A DNA stretch of 28,652 nt, from contig JBGSIV010000158.1 of NCBI GenBank assembly GCA_041742355.1, positions 1 through 28,652 of the forward strand, written 5' to 3'. Positions 1 to 9,889 of this stretch are shown here, one piece after another. Source of the stretch: Candidatus Zixiibacteriota bacterium (GTDB taxonomy: Bacteria > Zixibacteria > MSB-5A5 > GN15 > FEB-12). The position numbers were made by a program, and so were the translations under genes. Every line of letters begins with the position of its first letter. The stretch's first letter is position 1. Below the pieces are notes generated by a model, which was not told the origin of the DNA, searched no databases, and saw only the letters and a list, made by a program, of their open reading frames with translations.

Positions 1-125
1 GCGCCGCCGACCACGCCGTTGACGGTATCCACCGCGACGATCGAGAACGTCGCATGGATGGTTGGTGTTGTGCAAAGGAGCAGGGCGGTGACGGCCAACG
101 CGGAGAGCTTGATCGTTCGACTCAT
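1..125 (-). CDS. DUF1028 (Ntn-hydrolase-like) family secreted protein, 5' part only (runs off window start)
   Basis: Manual translation from ATG at 125 (GGAG upstream): MSRTIKLSALAVTALLLCTTPTIHA-TFSIVAVDTVNGVVGG. Signal peptide followed by the TFSIVAxD N-terminal motif typical of DUF1028. Not in the ORF track because it is truncated. Confidence 0.75.
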   Translation of the reverse strand, partial: MSRTIKLSALAVTALLLCTTPTIHATFSIVAVDTVNGVVGG

Positions 126-487
126 ACGATACTCCGACAAGAAGGAGGATGTGAATTAGTTCAATATGCATCTTTTCCCTGGACCGTCAAGGTCACTTTT
201 GTGGTGAAAAGGCCCTGCCGCACCCGGATACACCCGACTACCCCACGGATCAGCCGTTCGAGCTCAGCCGCTTGCGGGGGCGACCCGGCCCCCCCTGATA
301 CTGGCCGAGCGGTTCCCCCCACCACCGTGCAGCGGCGGAAGGTCAGGCTGCCGCCAACATCGCCGCACGAGACCGTTCGTTCCTATGCCCGCCGACAATT
401 GGCAGTTGGTTTTAGGATAGACCGGGCGTTATCTTGCGCCGAAACAGAAATTACTGCTCTCTGTCGACCCCGACGAAAAGAGGATTG

Positions 488-1606
488 ATGGCTGCGAGCG
501 ACCACCTGTTCACCGCGGATCTCCACTGCGACACCGTCCACCGCCTGCTGCAGGGACTGGTGTTTTCCCAGCGCAACCGTTTCGGGCACGTGGACCTTCC
601 CCGCCTGTTCGAAGGCGGGATTGACCTGCAGGTGTTCGCCTGTTTTGTCGAGCACACCGTCCCGCCCGACGATCGCGCAGCCCAGGTGCACCGAATGCTC
701 GGCGCGATGGATGACGTGGTGGCGGCCAACAGCGGAGCCCTGGCCTTCGCCCGCAACTCCGCCGATGTGGATCGTAACCGCGCCGACGGGAAGATCAGCG
801 TGGTCACCGCGATCGAGAACGGCCTCGCGATCGAGAACTCACTGGACCACCTGCGCCGGTTCTATGACCGCGGCGTGCGCATGCTGACCCTTGCCCACAA
901 TACGTCCAGTGACTGGTGCATCTCGTCTGCGGACACGGCCCCGGCCTTCGACGGCCTGACCGATTTCGGCCGCGACGTCGTGCGCACCATGGACGAACTC
1001 GGCATGATCGTCGATCTCTCCCATGTCGGCCCAAGCGGCGTGGCGGCGGCGCTTGGTGTTTCCCGCCGGCCGGTGATTGCGTCGCACTCCTGCGTCCACG
1101 CGATCTGCCCCCACCAGCGCAATTTAACCGACGGGCAAATCAAAGCGATCGCGGCGAACGGCGGCATGATCGGCATAAATTTCCTCGGCGACTTCCTCTC
1201 CCCGGCCTGGCAGGAAGCCTCGGAGGCGTTTATCAAGGTCCACTACGAAACCGGCAAAAAGTGGTGGACGCTCTTCATTGACGAGTGCAGCGCCGCCGAG
1301 TACGCGGCGCGACGGGCGGAACTTCAGCCCTTCCTCGACGCCTGGGAACGGCAGGTGCGCTCAACCGGCCTGGATGTCGGCGCAGTGGCCGACCACATCG
1401 ACCACATCGTGCAGTTGGTCGGCCCCGACCACGTCGGCCTCGGCTCGGATTTCGATGGAATCACCTTCGCCCCGAATGGCCTCGAGGACTGCTCCCGCGT
1501 CCCCCGTATTTTGGAAGAACTCCGGCGGCGGCAGTACGAAGAAACGAGCCTCGCTAAAATCATGGGGGGCAACTTCCTGCGCGTTTTTCGCGAGGTTTGC
1601 GGCTAA
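488..1606 (+). CDS. Membrane dipeptidase (peptidase family M19)
   Basis: Motifs DLHCDT, HVDLPRL, AIENG, GVRMLTLAHN, VDLSH, ASHS, RNLTD, DHIDHI, VGLGSDFDG and KIMGGNFLRV. ATG 488 follows GAGGA. Confidence 0.93.
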   Translation: MAASDHLFTADLHCDTVHRLLQGLVFSQRNRFGHVDLPRLFEGGIDLQVFACFVEHTVPPDDRAAQVHRMLGAMDDVVAANSGALAFARNSADVDRNRADGKISVVTAIENGLAIENSLDHLRRFYDRGVRMLTLAHNTSSDWCISSADTAPAFDGLTDFGRDVVRTMDELGMIVDLSHVGPSGVAAALGVSRRPVIASHSCVHAICPHQRNLTDGQIKAIAANGGMIGINFLGDFLSPAWQEASEAFIKVHYETGKKWWTLFIDECSAAEYAARRAELQPFLDAWERQVRSTGLDVGAVADHIDHIVQLVGPDHVGLGSDFDGITFAPNGLEDCSRVPRILEELRRRQYEETSLAKIMGGNFLRVFREVCG

Positions 1607-1637
1607 ACACCCCGGAACCGAAGATCCATATCGCGGG

Positions 1638-1665
1638 TTGAAAAATCAACGGATTGTACTATATT
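1638..1665 (+). promoter_or_regulatory. Candidate sigma70 promoter for the protease gene
   Basis: TTGAAA-16 nt-TATATT in the intergenic region. Confidence 0.35.
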
Positions 1666-1844
1666 GTCCTGACAGCCCTCCCGGCCCCCTGGCCGTCGGC
1701 CGTCTGAAACTAACCGTCTGGACAGTACAACCCGGTTCTGACCCTGTATAGAGTCGCCAAATAGTTCGATAACCATAGAGTAGAACCGCGCTGCCGGACC
1801 CCGCGGGTCCTGCGGCGATACCCGTGCCCGATCGGAGGATTAGC

Positions 1845-4091
1845 GTGCACCACCGCGTCAACCGCTTCACTCTGTGCCTGCTCAGCTTCACCCTGTGCCT
1901 GATTTCATCTCAGGCGTTTGCCCAGCTTAGCGAGGGCGGAATCCCCCCCAGTTTCGGCTTGAAGACGGCTGCCGCTGACATCGCCACGATCACAACCCGC
2001 CCCCCCAACGTCCCGGCACTTCTGGCTGAGGACGAATCCGAAGAAGCGAAGGACATCCCCTTCCGCTTCGGTTACCCCTATGAAGTGGCGTACGATCTGA
2101 CCAACTCCGGCACCTGGGACACCCTCGCCGACGGCAGCCGGATCTGGCGGCTCCGCATCGAATGCCCGGAAGCCTACTCGATCAACCTCGTGTACCGGAT
2201 GTTCTGGATGCCCCCGGGGGCGAGGTTCTACATCTACAACGAAGATCGCAGCCACCTCATCGGGGCATTCACCGAGCGCAACAACAAGGAGTACGGCGAG
2301 TTCGCCACGGCGCCGGTACCCGGCGCGGTGAGCATTCTGGAGTACTATGAACCGGCCGCCGTTTCCGGACAGGGTCTGCTGAGCATTCAGCGCATCGTTC
2401 ACGCCTACCGGGACATCTTCGCCATCGCCGCCGACAAAGACGCGGCCGGGTTCGGGGGCTCCGGATCCTGCAACAACAACGTCAACTGCCCCGAGGGAGC
2501 GCTCTGGCAGGATGACAAGCGCGCGGTCGCAATGATCCTCACCTCGGGCGGATTCCGCCTGTGCAGCGGCGCCCTCGTGAACAACTTGCGCGAGGACCTC
2601 ACGCCCTACTTCCTGACCGCCAACCACTGCCTCGGCGGCGAGGCAACCTGGGTGTTCATGTTCAACTATGAGTCGCCGGCCTGCGCTAATGTCGACGGCC
2701 CGACCTGGATGACCGTGTCCGGCAGCATTCGCCGGGCCAACTACGCCAACTCCGATTTCGCCCTCCTGGAACTGCTCGAGCAGCCCCCCGACTCCTACAA
2801 CGTCTACTACGCCGGATGGTCGGCGATCAACGAGCCGGCGCCCAGCGGCGTGGTCGGGATTCACCATCCCTCCGGCGATATCAAGAAGATCTCGTTCGAC
2901 TACGATGCTGTGGTCAGCGCCAACTATGGCGGGAGCACTGGCGGCACCCACTGGCGGGTCGTCGCCTGGAACGACGGCACCACTGAAGGCGGATCGTCCG
3001 GTTCACCCCTCTTCGATTCCCTGACCCACCGCGTTGTCGGACAACTGCACGGCGGCACAGCCTCCTGTGCCAGCATCACCTCGGACTACTACGGCAAGAT
3101 AGCGATGTCCTGGAACGGCGGCGGCACCTCGGCCACCCGTCTTCGCGACTGGCTCGACCCGGACAATTCGGGCATCCTGCAGCTCGACGGCCTCGATCCG
3201 GCCGGGGCTGGGCTGAGCGCCCTGCCGACCTCGGGCGATGCACCGCTCAATGTGCAGTTCAACGGTACCTCGTTCCTGCCGGTGGACCAATGGATCTGGG
3301 CCTTCGGCGACGGCGACTCGGCCTTCGTCCAATCCCCCACACACGAGTACACGGCACCCGGGATCTACGATGTCTCCCTGGCGGTCGTCGCCGGCGTCGA
3401 CACCGTTCACCGGGACCGCATGGACTACGTCATCGCCCTGGCTGATACGCTGAAGGGGAAGGACACCGTCTCCGCCCTGCTCGACACGGTCGAGGTGGTG
3501 ATCTCCGCCACGAATACCGTCCCGCTGTCCTACATTGTCATTCCCGCGTCCTACGGCGGAGACCTCGACATGAGCCTCCTGAGTTACTCCACAGCCGGCT
3601 GCCGGACCGACTACTTCACCTTGAATACCTACCTGCACGTGAACGATATCGGAAAGCAGGCGACCATTCGCCTCCAGAGCTCGAACAACGGCTCAGTGCC
3701 GGAACTCGATCCGGGAACCGGCCCCATAGTGAAGCTCTACTTCCAGACGACCGCCGATATGCCCGACGATTCCACGGTCGTGAACCTGTCGGGGTACAGC
3801 ACGTACAACCCGATCTTCACCGGTTCACTCCTGACCTACGCGCCGAAAATCGAGTCGCCGACAGTCCTCTATGCGGGCTGCTGCGACGGGATCCGCGGCG
3901 ACTTCAGCGGAGATGGAAGCACCAACATCACCGATCTCACACTGCTGGTATCGCACCTCTTCTCGGGCGGCCCGGATCCGGAATGCTTCGAGGAAGGGGA
4001 TGTCGACGGCAATGGCGCGATCGTCATCTCCGATATCACGTTTCTGGTTAACTTCCTCTTCAAGGGGGGGCCGGCTCCCGTGCCCTGCTGA
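1845..4091 (+). CDS. Secreted lysyl-endopeptidase-like S1 serine protease with PKD, cohesin-like and C-terminal dockerin-like domains
   Basis: GTG 1845 follows GGAGGA. Signal peptide ends AFA-Q, followed by a propeptide. Triad motifs TANHC, DFALLEL and GGSSGSPL. PKD motif (WAFGDG...PTHEYTAPGIYDVSL). C-terminal CC..RGDFSGDG..ITDLTLLVSHLF..GDVDGNG..ISDITFLVNFLFKGGPAPVPC. Confidence 0.9.
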   Translation: MHHRVNRFTLCLLSFTLCLISSQAFAQLSEGGIPPSFGLKTAAADIATITTRPPNVPALLAEDESEEAKDIPFRFGYPYEVAYDLTNSGTWDTLADGSRIWRLRIECPEAYSINLVYRMFWMPPGARFYIYNEDRSHLIGAFTERNNKEYGEFATAPVPGAVSILEYYEPAAVSGQGLLSIQRIVHAYRDIFAIAADKDAAGFGGSGSCNNNVNCPEGALWQDDKRAVAMILTSGGFRLCSGALVNNLREDLTPYFLTANHCLGGEATWVFMFNYESPACANVDGPTWMTVSGSIRRANYANSDFALLELLEQPPDSYNVYYAGWSAINEPAPSGVVGIHHPSGDIKKISFDYDAVVSANYGGSTGGTHWRVVAWNDGTTEGGSSGSPLFDSLTHRVVGQLHGGTASCASITSDYYGKIAMSWNGGGTSATRLRDWLDPDNSGILQLDGLDPAGAGLSALPTSGDAPLNVQFNGTSFLPVDQWIWAFGDGDSAFVQSPTHEYTAPGIYDVSLAVVAGVDTVHRDRMDYVIALADTLKGKDTVSALLDTVEVVISATNTVPLSYIVIPASYGGDLDMSLLSYSTAGCRTDYFTLNTYLHVNDIGKQATIRLQSSNNGSVPELDPGTGPIVKLYFQTTADMPDDSTVVNLSGYSTYNPIFTGSLLTYAPKIESPTVLYAGCCDGIRGDFSGDGSTNITDLTLLVSHLFSGGPDPECFEEGDVDGNGAIVISDITFLVNFLFKGGPAPVPC

Positions 4092-4111
4092 TTCCGCAGG
4101 ATGATATAGAC

Positions 4112-4153
4112 CAAAAGAGAAAGCCCCGGTCTGACAGGCCGGGGCTTCTTCTT
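4112..4153. terminator. Probable bidirectional intrinsic terminator between convergent genes
   Basis: AAGCCCCGGTCTG-A-CAGGCCGGGGCTT hairpin (4121-4147) with a purine/A-rich left flank and a T-rich right flank. Confidence 0.75.
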
Positions 4154-4181
4154 GCTTGTTGATGAACGGTAAGGAGGCGGC

Positions 4182-5297
4182 TCAATGGCCGCCGTGCGGC
4201 GAACCCTCGGCCGGTCGCCAGATGAGCCCGTACGAGTTGTTCCCGGCATCGACCGAGTCAACCAGGGCCTGCGACACCCCGTCAATAACGTATATCCGGC
4301 CGGTGCGATCCTGCGCCGGGTTCTCCGAATTGACACAGGCGACGTAGCACCGCGTGCCGCTTCGGTCAATGCAGATGCCGAACGGGCGCGACACCCCCAG
4401 CTCGATCTCCGACATCACCGTGCGGCTGATCAGATCCACCACCGCCACGGTGTTCTCCAGCTGCGTCGTCACATAGAGCGTCCGGTCATCCGGCGAAATC
4501 GCCATCAGCGTCGGACCGTGCAGCGACGAGCTGCCCTGGACCGGAATCGGAATCGAGTCGATAATCTGCCGGGTCGCCAAATCGAGCACGCGGACCTCGT
4601 GCGACAACCGGCAGGCGATATACGCAAGCGAGTCGTTGTGGTCGATCGCCAGCCCGTACGGACCGCACCGCGGCGAGCCTGGCGGCGCGGGATTGTCCGG
4701 ATCGACATCCACGAAAGCGACCGTATCGTCCTCGGTGTACACGAAAGTGATATTGTCGGTGCCGAAATTCGCCGCAAGCATAACCTTGCCGTCGGAGGTC
4801 ATCCGCAGATCATGGGTGGCCGAACCGGCCGCGATCACGGAATCCACGAATGTCATCGTGGCCAAATTGTAGCGGTGGATCTTCCCCGGCTTGGTCGGAT
4901 CGGTGAAATCGCACAGGTAGCCGGTCGAGCCGTCCATGCTGACCATGATCATGGTCGGGAACAGATCGTCGCCCGCTATCGCCGAATCGACAAAGCTGTT
5001 GTCCATGAGGGAGAACTTGGCGAATTGCCCCGGCGACGTACGACCCACGACATACAGGTACTCCCCGTCGTGCGAAAGCTCGAGGCAATGCGGTTGATTC
5101 ACCATTGCGGGGAAAGAGTCGACCCGCATCAGGCCCGGCGTTTCATACACGAAAATCGTGTTGTCCGCCTGATTGGCAACATACAGGTAGCCGTCCGGCG
5201 CCACATCGGCCGGCCCGGATGGATCATTGCCGTCGCATCCGGACAACAGCGTCGCAGCGGCAAGCAGGGAAACCAGCGTCAGTCTCACTAATCGCAT
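4182..5297 (-). CDS. YVTN/YncE-family beta-propeller lipoprotein
   Basis: ATG 5297 downstream of GAGGAGG. Lipobox LLSG-C. Repeated propeller blades (LYVANQADNTIFV, LYVTTQLENTVAVVDL, PYGLAID, PFGICID). Confidence 0.8.
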   Translation of the reverse strand: MRLVRLTLVSLLAAATLLSGCDGNDPSGPADVAPDGYLYVANQADNTIFVYETPGLMRVDSFPAMVNQPHCLELSHDGEYLYVVGRTSPGQFAKFSLMDNSFVDSAIAGDDLFPTMIMVSMDGSTGYLCDFTDPTKPGKIHRYNLATMTFVDSVIAAGSATHDLRMTSDGKVMLAANFGTDNITFVYTEDDTVAFVDVDPDNPAPPGSPRCGPYGLAIDHNDSLAYIACRLSHEVRVLDLATRQIIDSIPIPVQGSSSLHGPTLMAISPDDRTLYVTTQLENTVAVVDLISRTVMSEIELGVSRPFGICIDRSGTRCYVACVNSENPAQDRTGRIYVIDGVSQALVDSVDAGNNSYGLIWRPAEGSPHGGH

Positions 5298-5326
5298 GGG
5301 CAGTTCAGACCTCCTCAACGTTGGAA

Positions 5327-7195
5327 TCACGGACAGAGTGCCGGGGCGCTGCCGCCCTTGAACAGGTAATTCACAAGGTGGGTGACATCCGCAATCGTGA
5401 TGTTCTCACCCGGGTCGCCGTCGACATTCCCTTCCTCAGGGCACAGCAGTTCCGCCGTTCCCTGGAAGAGGTAGGAGACAAGGCGGGTGAGATCCGCGAC
5501 GTTGGTATTGTCGTTGGCGTCTCCATCGGCGTTCCCCCGCAAGGCTGTGCAGCAGGTCGCTTGCGTCACCTCAACCGAACCGGAGATCGTGTCCGGGAGA
5601 TAGCCGATGCACCGGTTGGTGAAGGACGGCACTATTGTATTAAACGGCGTGATCGACACCGGATTGGTCTGCCCCGAAGCCCCCTCGGGAATCTGAAAAT
5701 ACAGGCTCAGCACCGGGCCCGAGCCGGGATCGAGATCGGGCGAACTCCCGAAATTGGACGACGTCAGGGAGTAGGCGAAACGCGAGTTGATCAGATCGCT
5801 CCCCGAATACTGCTTCCCTTCAAAATAATCGGTGCGCGTGCCAACCGTCGAAACCGAGTCGAGCGTCATGTTGTAATCACCGGCATAGCCGATCGGAATC
5901 ACGATCTTGCGAAGGGGAAGGCTGTTGGTGACATGGATGTCGACGCGAACCTGGGTTCCTCCGATCGCCTGGACCTCCTCCACGCGCAGCGTGTCGCTCA
6001 GGATGACCGTGTTCTCCTGCAGAATGAACAGGGTGCCGTCCATATTGGAGCCGTAAATCAGGCCGCCGGCCGTGTGCGGGTAAACGCCCCAGCAGCCGTT
6101 GAAATTGGGCGTCTCCGAGGCATGGGTATCGTACTGGGCGATCTCCACCGGCGTCTCCGGCGTCGTGATATCAACCACCCGCACCCCCGACTCGTAGTGG
6201 GAGAGGTAGACCGTGTCCCCCTCGAGGTGGGCATTGTGCGCAAGGTTGCTCGGCGCGAGGTACTGGCCCACCAGCGCGATATTGTCCAGATCCCGAATGT
6301 CCCACACCTTGACCGTCTTGTTCGCCGTCTCCTCCGTCGTAACCACGTACTCCCGATCATCCGTCGGCCAGATGTTGTGGACATACCCCGAGGCCGGCAC
6401 ATTGACCCGTCGAATCAGGGCCGGGGCAAGCTTGTTGCCGAGATCCCAGAGGGAGAAGCTCAGGTTGGTGCCTTCTGCAACGAACACCGTGTCGTTGTGG
6501 GCGAATACGTCGTGAATCCCGTTGGCCGGGCCGAAACTCCCCACGTACGTCGGACTCGCCGGATTCGCCAGCGAGAGGATGTGAATCGCCTGGCCGGCCG
6601 TGCCGGTCCCCTCGGCATAGAGGTATCCGGTGACCGTGTCGATCGAAATGTTATGCGAGGTCCTGGCGCCGGCATTGGTGACGGGAAAAGCGCCGACAAA
6701 ATGCACGCTGTCGGGAAGGTACTGCAGATCCATAACCATGATCCCGGCATTGGTCCCGGAACACTCCGAGACAGCGTAGGCGTAGTGCTGGTACGACTTG
6801 ATATCGCGCCACCTTGCGCTGCCGCAGAAATCCTGCGGCCCGGGGACCAGGCCGACCTGCACCATGTGGGTGGCGTCGACTATGCGGATGCCGTCAAACA
6901 CCCCCATGAGAGCATACTCGGTGCCGTCCGGACCCGTCCACCCCCAGCAGTCGGTCCCGCCAAACGTCCCCCACTTGAACTGGCCGACATTGCAGAAGAG
7001 ATTCACCGTGTCGCCGGACTGGTACTGGACCGAGGCGTCGGCGGCTGCCGTCGGCATGGTCCGGGTGTCGGGCCGGGGCGGCGGCTCGGACTGGCTCAGG
7101 GGATGCGACAGATCGTTGAGGATCTCCACGGGAACGGCGGTTACGGAGGCCGCGAGGAGGAGCGCGGCCAGAGTCAGACCGGGGGTTCTTCGCAC
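5327..7195 (-). CDS. Secreted choice-of-anchor-B/LVIVD-repeat protein with cohesin-like and dockerin-like C-terminus
   Basis: Signal peptide. Motifs DCWGWTGPDGTEYALMG, WRDIKSY, SHNISID, IHDV, YVHNIW, AHN, YLSHYESGVRVVDI and GCWGVYP. C-terminal CCTALRGNADGD..VADLTRLVSYLF..CPEEGNVDGD..YLFKGGSAPALCP. Confidence 0.82.
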   Translation of the reverse strand: MRRTPGLTLAALLLAASVTAVPVEILNDLSHPLSQSEPPPRPDTRTMPTAAADASVQYQSGDTVNLFCNVGQFKWGTFGGTDCWGWTGPDGTEYALMGVFDGIRIVDATHMVQVGLVPGPQDFCGSARWRDIKSYQHYAYAVSECSGTNAGIMVMDLQYLPDSVHFVGAFPVTNAGARTSHNISIDTVTGYLYAEGTGTAGQAIHILSLANPASPTYVGSFGPANGIHDVFAHNDTVFVAEGTNLSFSLWDLGNKLAPALIRRVNVPASGYVHNIWPTDDREYVVTTEETANKTVKVWDIRDLDNIALVGQYLAPSNLAHNAHLEGDTVYLSHYESGVRVVDITTPETPVEIAQYDTHASETPNFNGCWGVYPHTAGGLIYGSNMDGTLFILQENTVILSDTLRVEEVQAIGGTQVRVDIHVTNSLPLRKIVIPIGYAGDYNMTLDSVSTVGTRTDYFEGKQYSGSDLINSRFAYSLTSSNFGSSPDLDPGSGPVLSLYFQIPEGASGQTNPVSITPFNTIVPSFTNRCIGYLPDTISGSVEVTQATCCTALRGNADGDANDNTNVADLTRLVSYLFQGTAELLCPEEGNVDGDPGENITIADVTHLVNYLFKGGSAPALCP

Positions 7196-7267
7196 GGTAA
7201 TACCCTCTCTGGTTCGGGGCGGGTCGCGTTATGGAGTGCTTCGATCAATTTTATCTATGTTACATCC

Positions 7268-7295
7268 AATATACGGCGCCCGGGGGCGCAGTCAA
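7268..7295 (-). promoter_or_regulatory. Candidate sigma70 promoter for the 7195-4182 genes
   Basis: Minus-strand TTGACT-16 nt-TATATT, about 70 nt upstream of GTG 7195. Confidence 0.5.
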
Positions 7296-7338
7296 TGGGG
7301 AATTCCCGCCCCGCACCCGGACAACCGCAACCCCTGCG

Positions 7339-9348
7339 TCAACCGGGGCATTCTCCCGGCGGCGGTCCTCCGCGAAAGAGGAACGCCACCAGGTACGTGA
7401 CATCGAGAATGTTCAGGGATTCCCCGGCATCGCCGGTCACATTCGCCTCCAGCGCGCACGGAAGAGGCGCATCCCCCCGGAACAGCACGCCGATCAACGC
7501 CGTCAGGTCGGCAATGTTGACCACATCCAGAGTATCCGCATTGACATTTCCCCGCATCCCCACGCAGCAGGAACCGTCCTTCTCCCAGTAGCTCAAACCG
7601 CCATTCTCCTCTCCGACAAGAATATCCCGGTCGCCGTCGCCATCCAGATCGACCAGCTGAATCGCCAGGAAAGTCCCGGCGTCGGCGCTCGCAACCGTGT
7701 CGGGAAGGGGGGTCAGGGTTATCGAGTCCGGGAACGCGCCCGGTGCGTTGGAGCCCGCGAACACCGTCAGGCCGGAGACCCGCCCACCCAGAATGATATC
7801 CAGGATTCCGTCGCCGTTCCAATCCACGGGTTCTGGAACCGTGTAATCGCGGGCTTGCCGTTTGAGCAGAGACTCGGTCACCAGAGTCAGCGCGGGGGCT
7901 CCCGCGCTGCCCGTGTTGGCATAGAGCCGGACATTGGCCAGACCGTTGAAGTCCCACTCTCCGACCAGCAGGTCGGTCAGGCCGTCACCATTGAGATCCC
8001 CGGGCCGAGGCACCGCATACTGGTCGACCTTGATTCCCCCGAGTTGCGTCTCCTGCAGCACGGGCAGGAATTCCGTCGCCGAACCGTCGTTGCGCCAGTA
8101 TTGGATCCGCCCCGCCGAGGTTCCGATCAGCAGATCCAGGTCTCCGTCGGCATCCCAGTCAACCAGAGCCGGAGCGGCGTTCAAGCCCACATCGATACCG
8201 GCCAGGAAATCGGTCACCCGCTCATATGACGGCACAGCGGGCGATCCCGTGCACTCAAACAGCTGTATCCGGCCGTCCCCTCCGCCCACCAGCAGGTCGA
8301 GGTCGCCGTCGCCGTCGATATCACCCGGGGCCGGCTGCGAGTACGAGCCGACATCGATCATCGAAAGCAGGGCTGTCGATTCAGTCGTGAAGAAGGGCTG
8401 ATCGACCGTGCCGAGGTTGCGCAGGAGATGCAGATTGTCGAGATCGGCGGCGTTGGCGACACCGAGGATCATATCGGGATCGCCGTCATCATCGAGGTCG
8501 GCCAGGCGCGGGTGGTTGAACCCCTTTGTCGGTTCGAGCAAAAAGGTCTCGGTCGCCCAGATCAAGTCGGAAGTACCCGGAGAACCGTCGTTCTCGAAGT
8601 AGTACATGTTCGAGTTGAAGATATCCCCCCAAAACAGATCCAAATCGAGATCGTTATCGAGATCGACGAAGTAGATAGAGCTGAAGCCGTGGTTCGGATC
8701 GAGGGCTGCTTTCCCTCCGCCGGGAAAGGCAAGGACACTGTCGTAGAAGTTGTCGATCAGGCTGAAAGAGGCGTTTGTCGCCGTTCCATCGTTGCGGTAG
8801 AACTCCAGCGCCCCGGTGACTGCTCCGAGGAAGAAATCGAGATCCCCGTCGGCATCGAGGTCGGCCAACGCCGGCGTGCTGTTGACCCCGGTTTCGATAC
8901 CGGCATAGGCGGCATCCACGAGCGTGAACACCGGCAGGCTGTCCGGGCCGCCGTCGTTGCGATAGAAGGCGATCCCCGCCGTGCGGGAGTCGCAGAAGAG
9001 ATCAAGATCGTTGTCGTTGTCGATATCGGCGAAGACATGCCAGGTGGCGATATCGATCCCGCCGAGGCGTTCCACCACCGGGACAAAGTGCGGCGCCTGC
9101 GGAGTGCCGGTATTGCGGAAATAGCCGAGGCGCCCCTCGGTGTCGCCGAGCATAAGGTCAACCAGGCCATCACGATTGAAATCCACCAGCGATGGTTTGG
9201 GGTTGTTCACGCCCCCCCAGAAAGGAATCTCCAGCGTGTCTCCCCCCACGATAACCGGCCACGGATTGAAGCGGCGGGTGTAAGTATCAGCCCTCGCGAT
9301 AGAAGCCGCAAGCAGCAGGATGAGTGAAGTCGCGAGAAGTCGGCGCAT
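7339..9348 (-). CDS. Secreted FG-GAP/VCBS-repeat beta-propeller protein with C-terminal dockerin-like domain
   Basis: Signal peptide ends ARA-D. About ten DxDxDGDxDL repeats followed by (Y/F)RNxG. C-terminal CCVGMRGNVNAD..IADLTALIGVLF..CALEANVTGD..FLFRGGPPPGECPG. Confidence 0.87.
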   Translation of the reverse strand: MRRLLATSLILLLAASIARADTYTRRFNPWPVIVGGDTLEIPFWGGVNNPKPSLVDFNRDGLVDLMLGDTEGRLGYFRNTGTPQAPHFVPVVERLGGIDIATWHVFADIDNDNDLDLFCDSRTAGIAFYRNDGGPDSLPVFTLVDAAYAGIETGVNSTPALADLDADGDLDFFLGAVTGALEFYRNDGTATNASFSLIDNFYDSVLAFPGGGKAALDPNHGFSSIYFVDLDNDLDLDLFWGDIFNSNMYYFENDGSPGTSDLIWATETFLLEPTKGFNHPRLADLDDDGDPDMILGVANAADLDNLHLLRNLGTVDQPFFTTESTALLSMIDVGSYSQPAPGDIDGDGDLDLLVGGGDGRIQLFECTGSPAVPSYERVTDFLAGIDVGLNAAPALVDWDADGDLDLLIGTSAGRIQYWRNDGSATEFLPVLQETQLGGIKVDQYAVPRPGDLNGDGLTDLLVGEWDFNGLANVRLYANTGSAGAPALTLVTESLLKRQARDYTVPEPVDWNGDGILDIILGGRVSGLTVFAGSNAPGAFPDSITLTPLPDTVASADAGTFLAIQLVDLDGDGDRDILVGEENGGLSYWEKDGSCCVGMRGNVNADTLDVVNIADLTALIGVLFRGDAPLPCALEANVTGDAGESLNILDVTYLVAFLFRGGPPPGECPG

Positions 9349-9419
9349 ACGGGCGTAACAGCGTCAACTGGACGAAAGTTCTCCACATCGACCGCGGGTG
9401 TGCCGCACCCAACTTCCTG

Positions 9420-9448
9420 TTTACATCGCGGGAGGGCCTGCGTATACT
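9420..9448 (+). promoter_or_regulatory. Candidate sigma70 promoter for GYD gene 1
   Basis: TTTACA-17 nt-TATACT. Confidence 0.55.
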
Positions 9449-9553
9449 ATTCGCGCACGGCATTCGACTGACACCTTCGACCGAATCACCGCCCGCGACG
9501 ACCCAAAGAGACAGCGGACAGCGGCTGTCGATCGACTCAATGAGGAGGTGTTC

Positions 9554-9850
9554 ATGCAAACGTTCTTCCTGTTCACCAAACTCGCCCCGTCGGAAGGGCG
9601 GCGTATGAAGGAGCGGCAGCAGCTCGGCCGCGCCTGGCTGGACGAGGTCCGGGAGAAGTGCCCGCAGGTGAAGTTTGTCGCCCACTACGCCCTGCTGGGG
9701 GACTACGATTTTGTCGACATCTACGAGGCTCCGGACGAAGAGACCGCGATGAAGGTCTCCATGATCAGCATGGAGAAAGGCGCGTTCGAAGCCAAGAGCC
9801 AACTGGCGATCCCCTATTCGCGCCTGGTGGAACTGGCCAACGAGCTGTAA
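9554..9850 (+). CDS. GYD domain-containing protein (paralogue 1)
   Basis: ATG 9554 follows GAGGAGG. 98 aa, with HYALLGDYDFVDIYEAPDEETA (GxYD motif). Confidence 0.85.
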   Translation: MQTFFLFTKLAPSEGRRMKERQQLGRAWLDEVREKCPQVKFVAHYALLGDYDFVDIYEAPDEETAMKVSMISMEKGAFEAKSQLAIPYSRLVELANEL

Positions 9851-9889
9851 GTGATTGCGCCGGGACTCGGCGCGCTGTTAATTATCGGC

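Noticed and set aside
5105..7591. 828-aa plus-strand ORF (also 4185..5291, 7231..8229, 8428..9327)
   Set aside because: These are antisense shadows of well-supported minus-strand genes in GC-rich DNA. They are Arg-rich and have no motifs.
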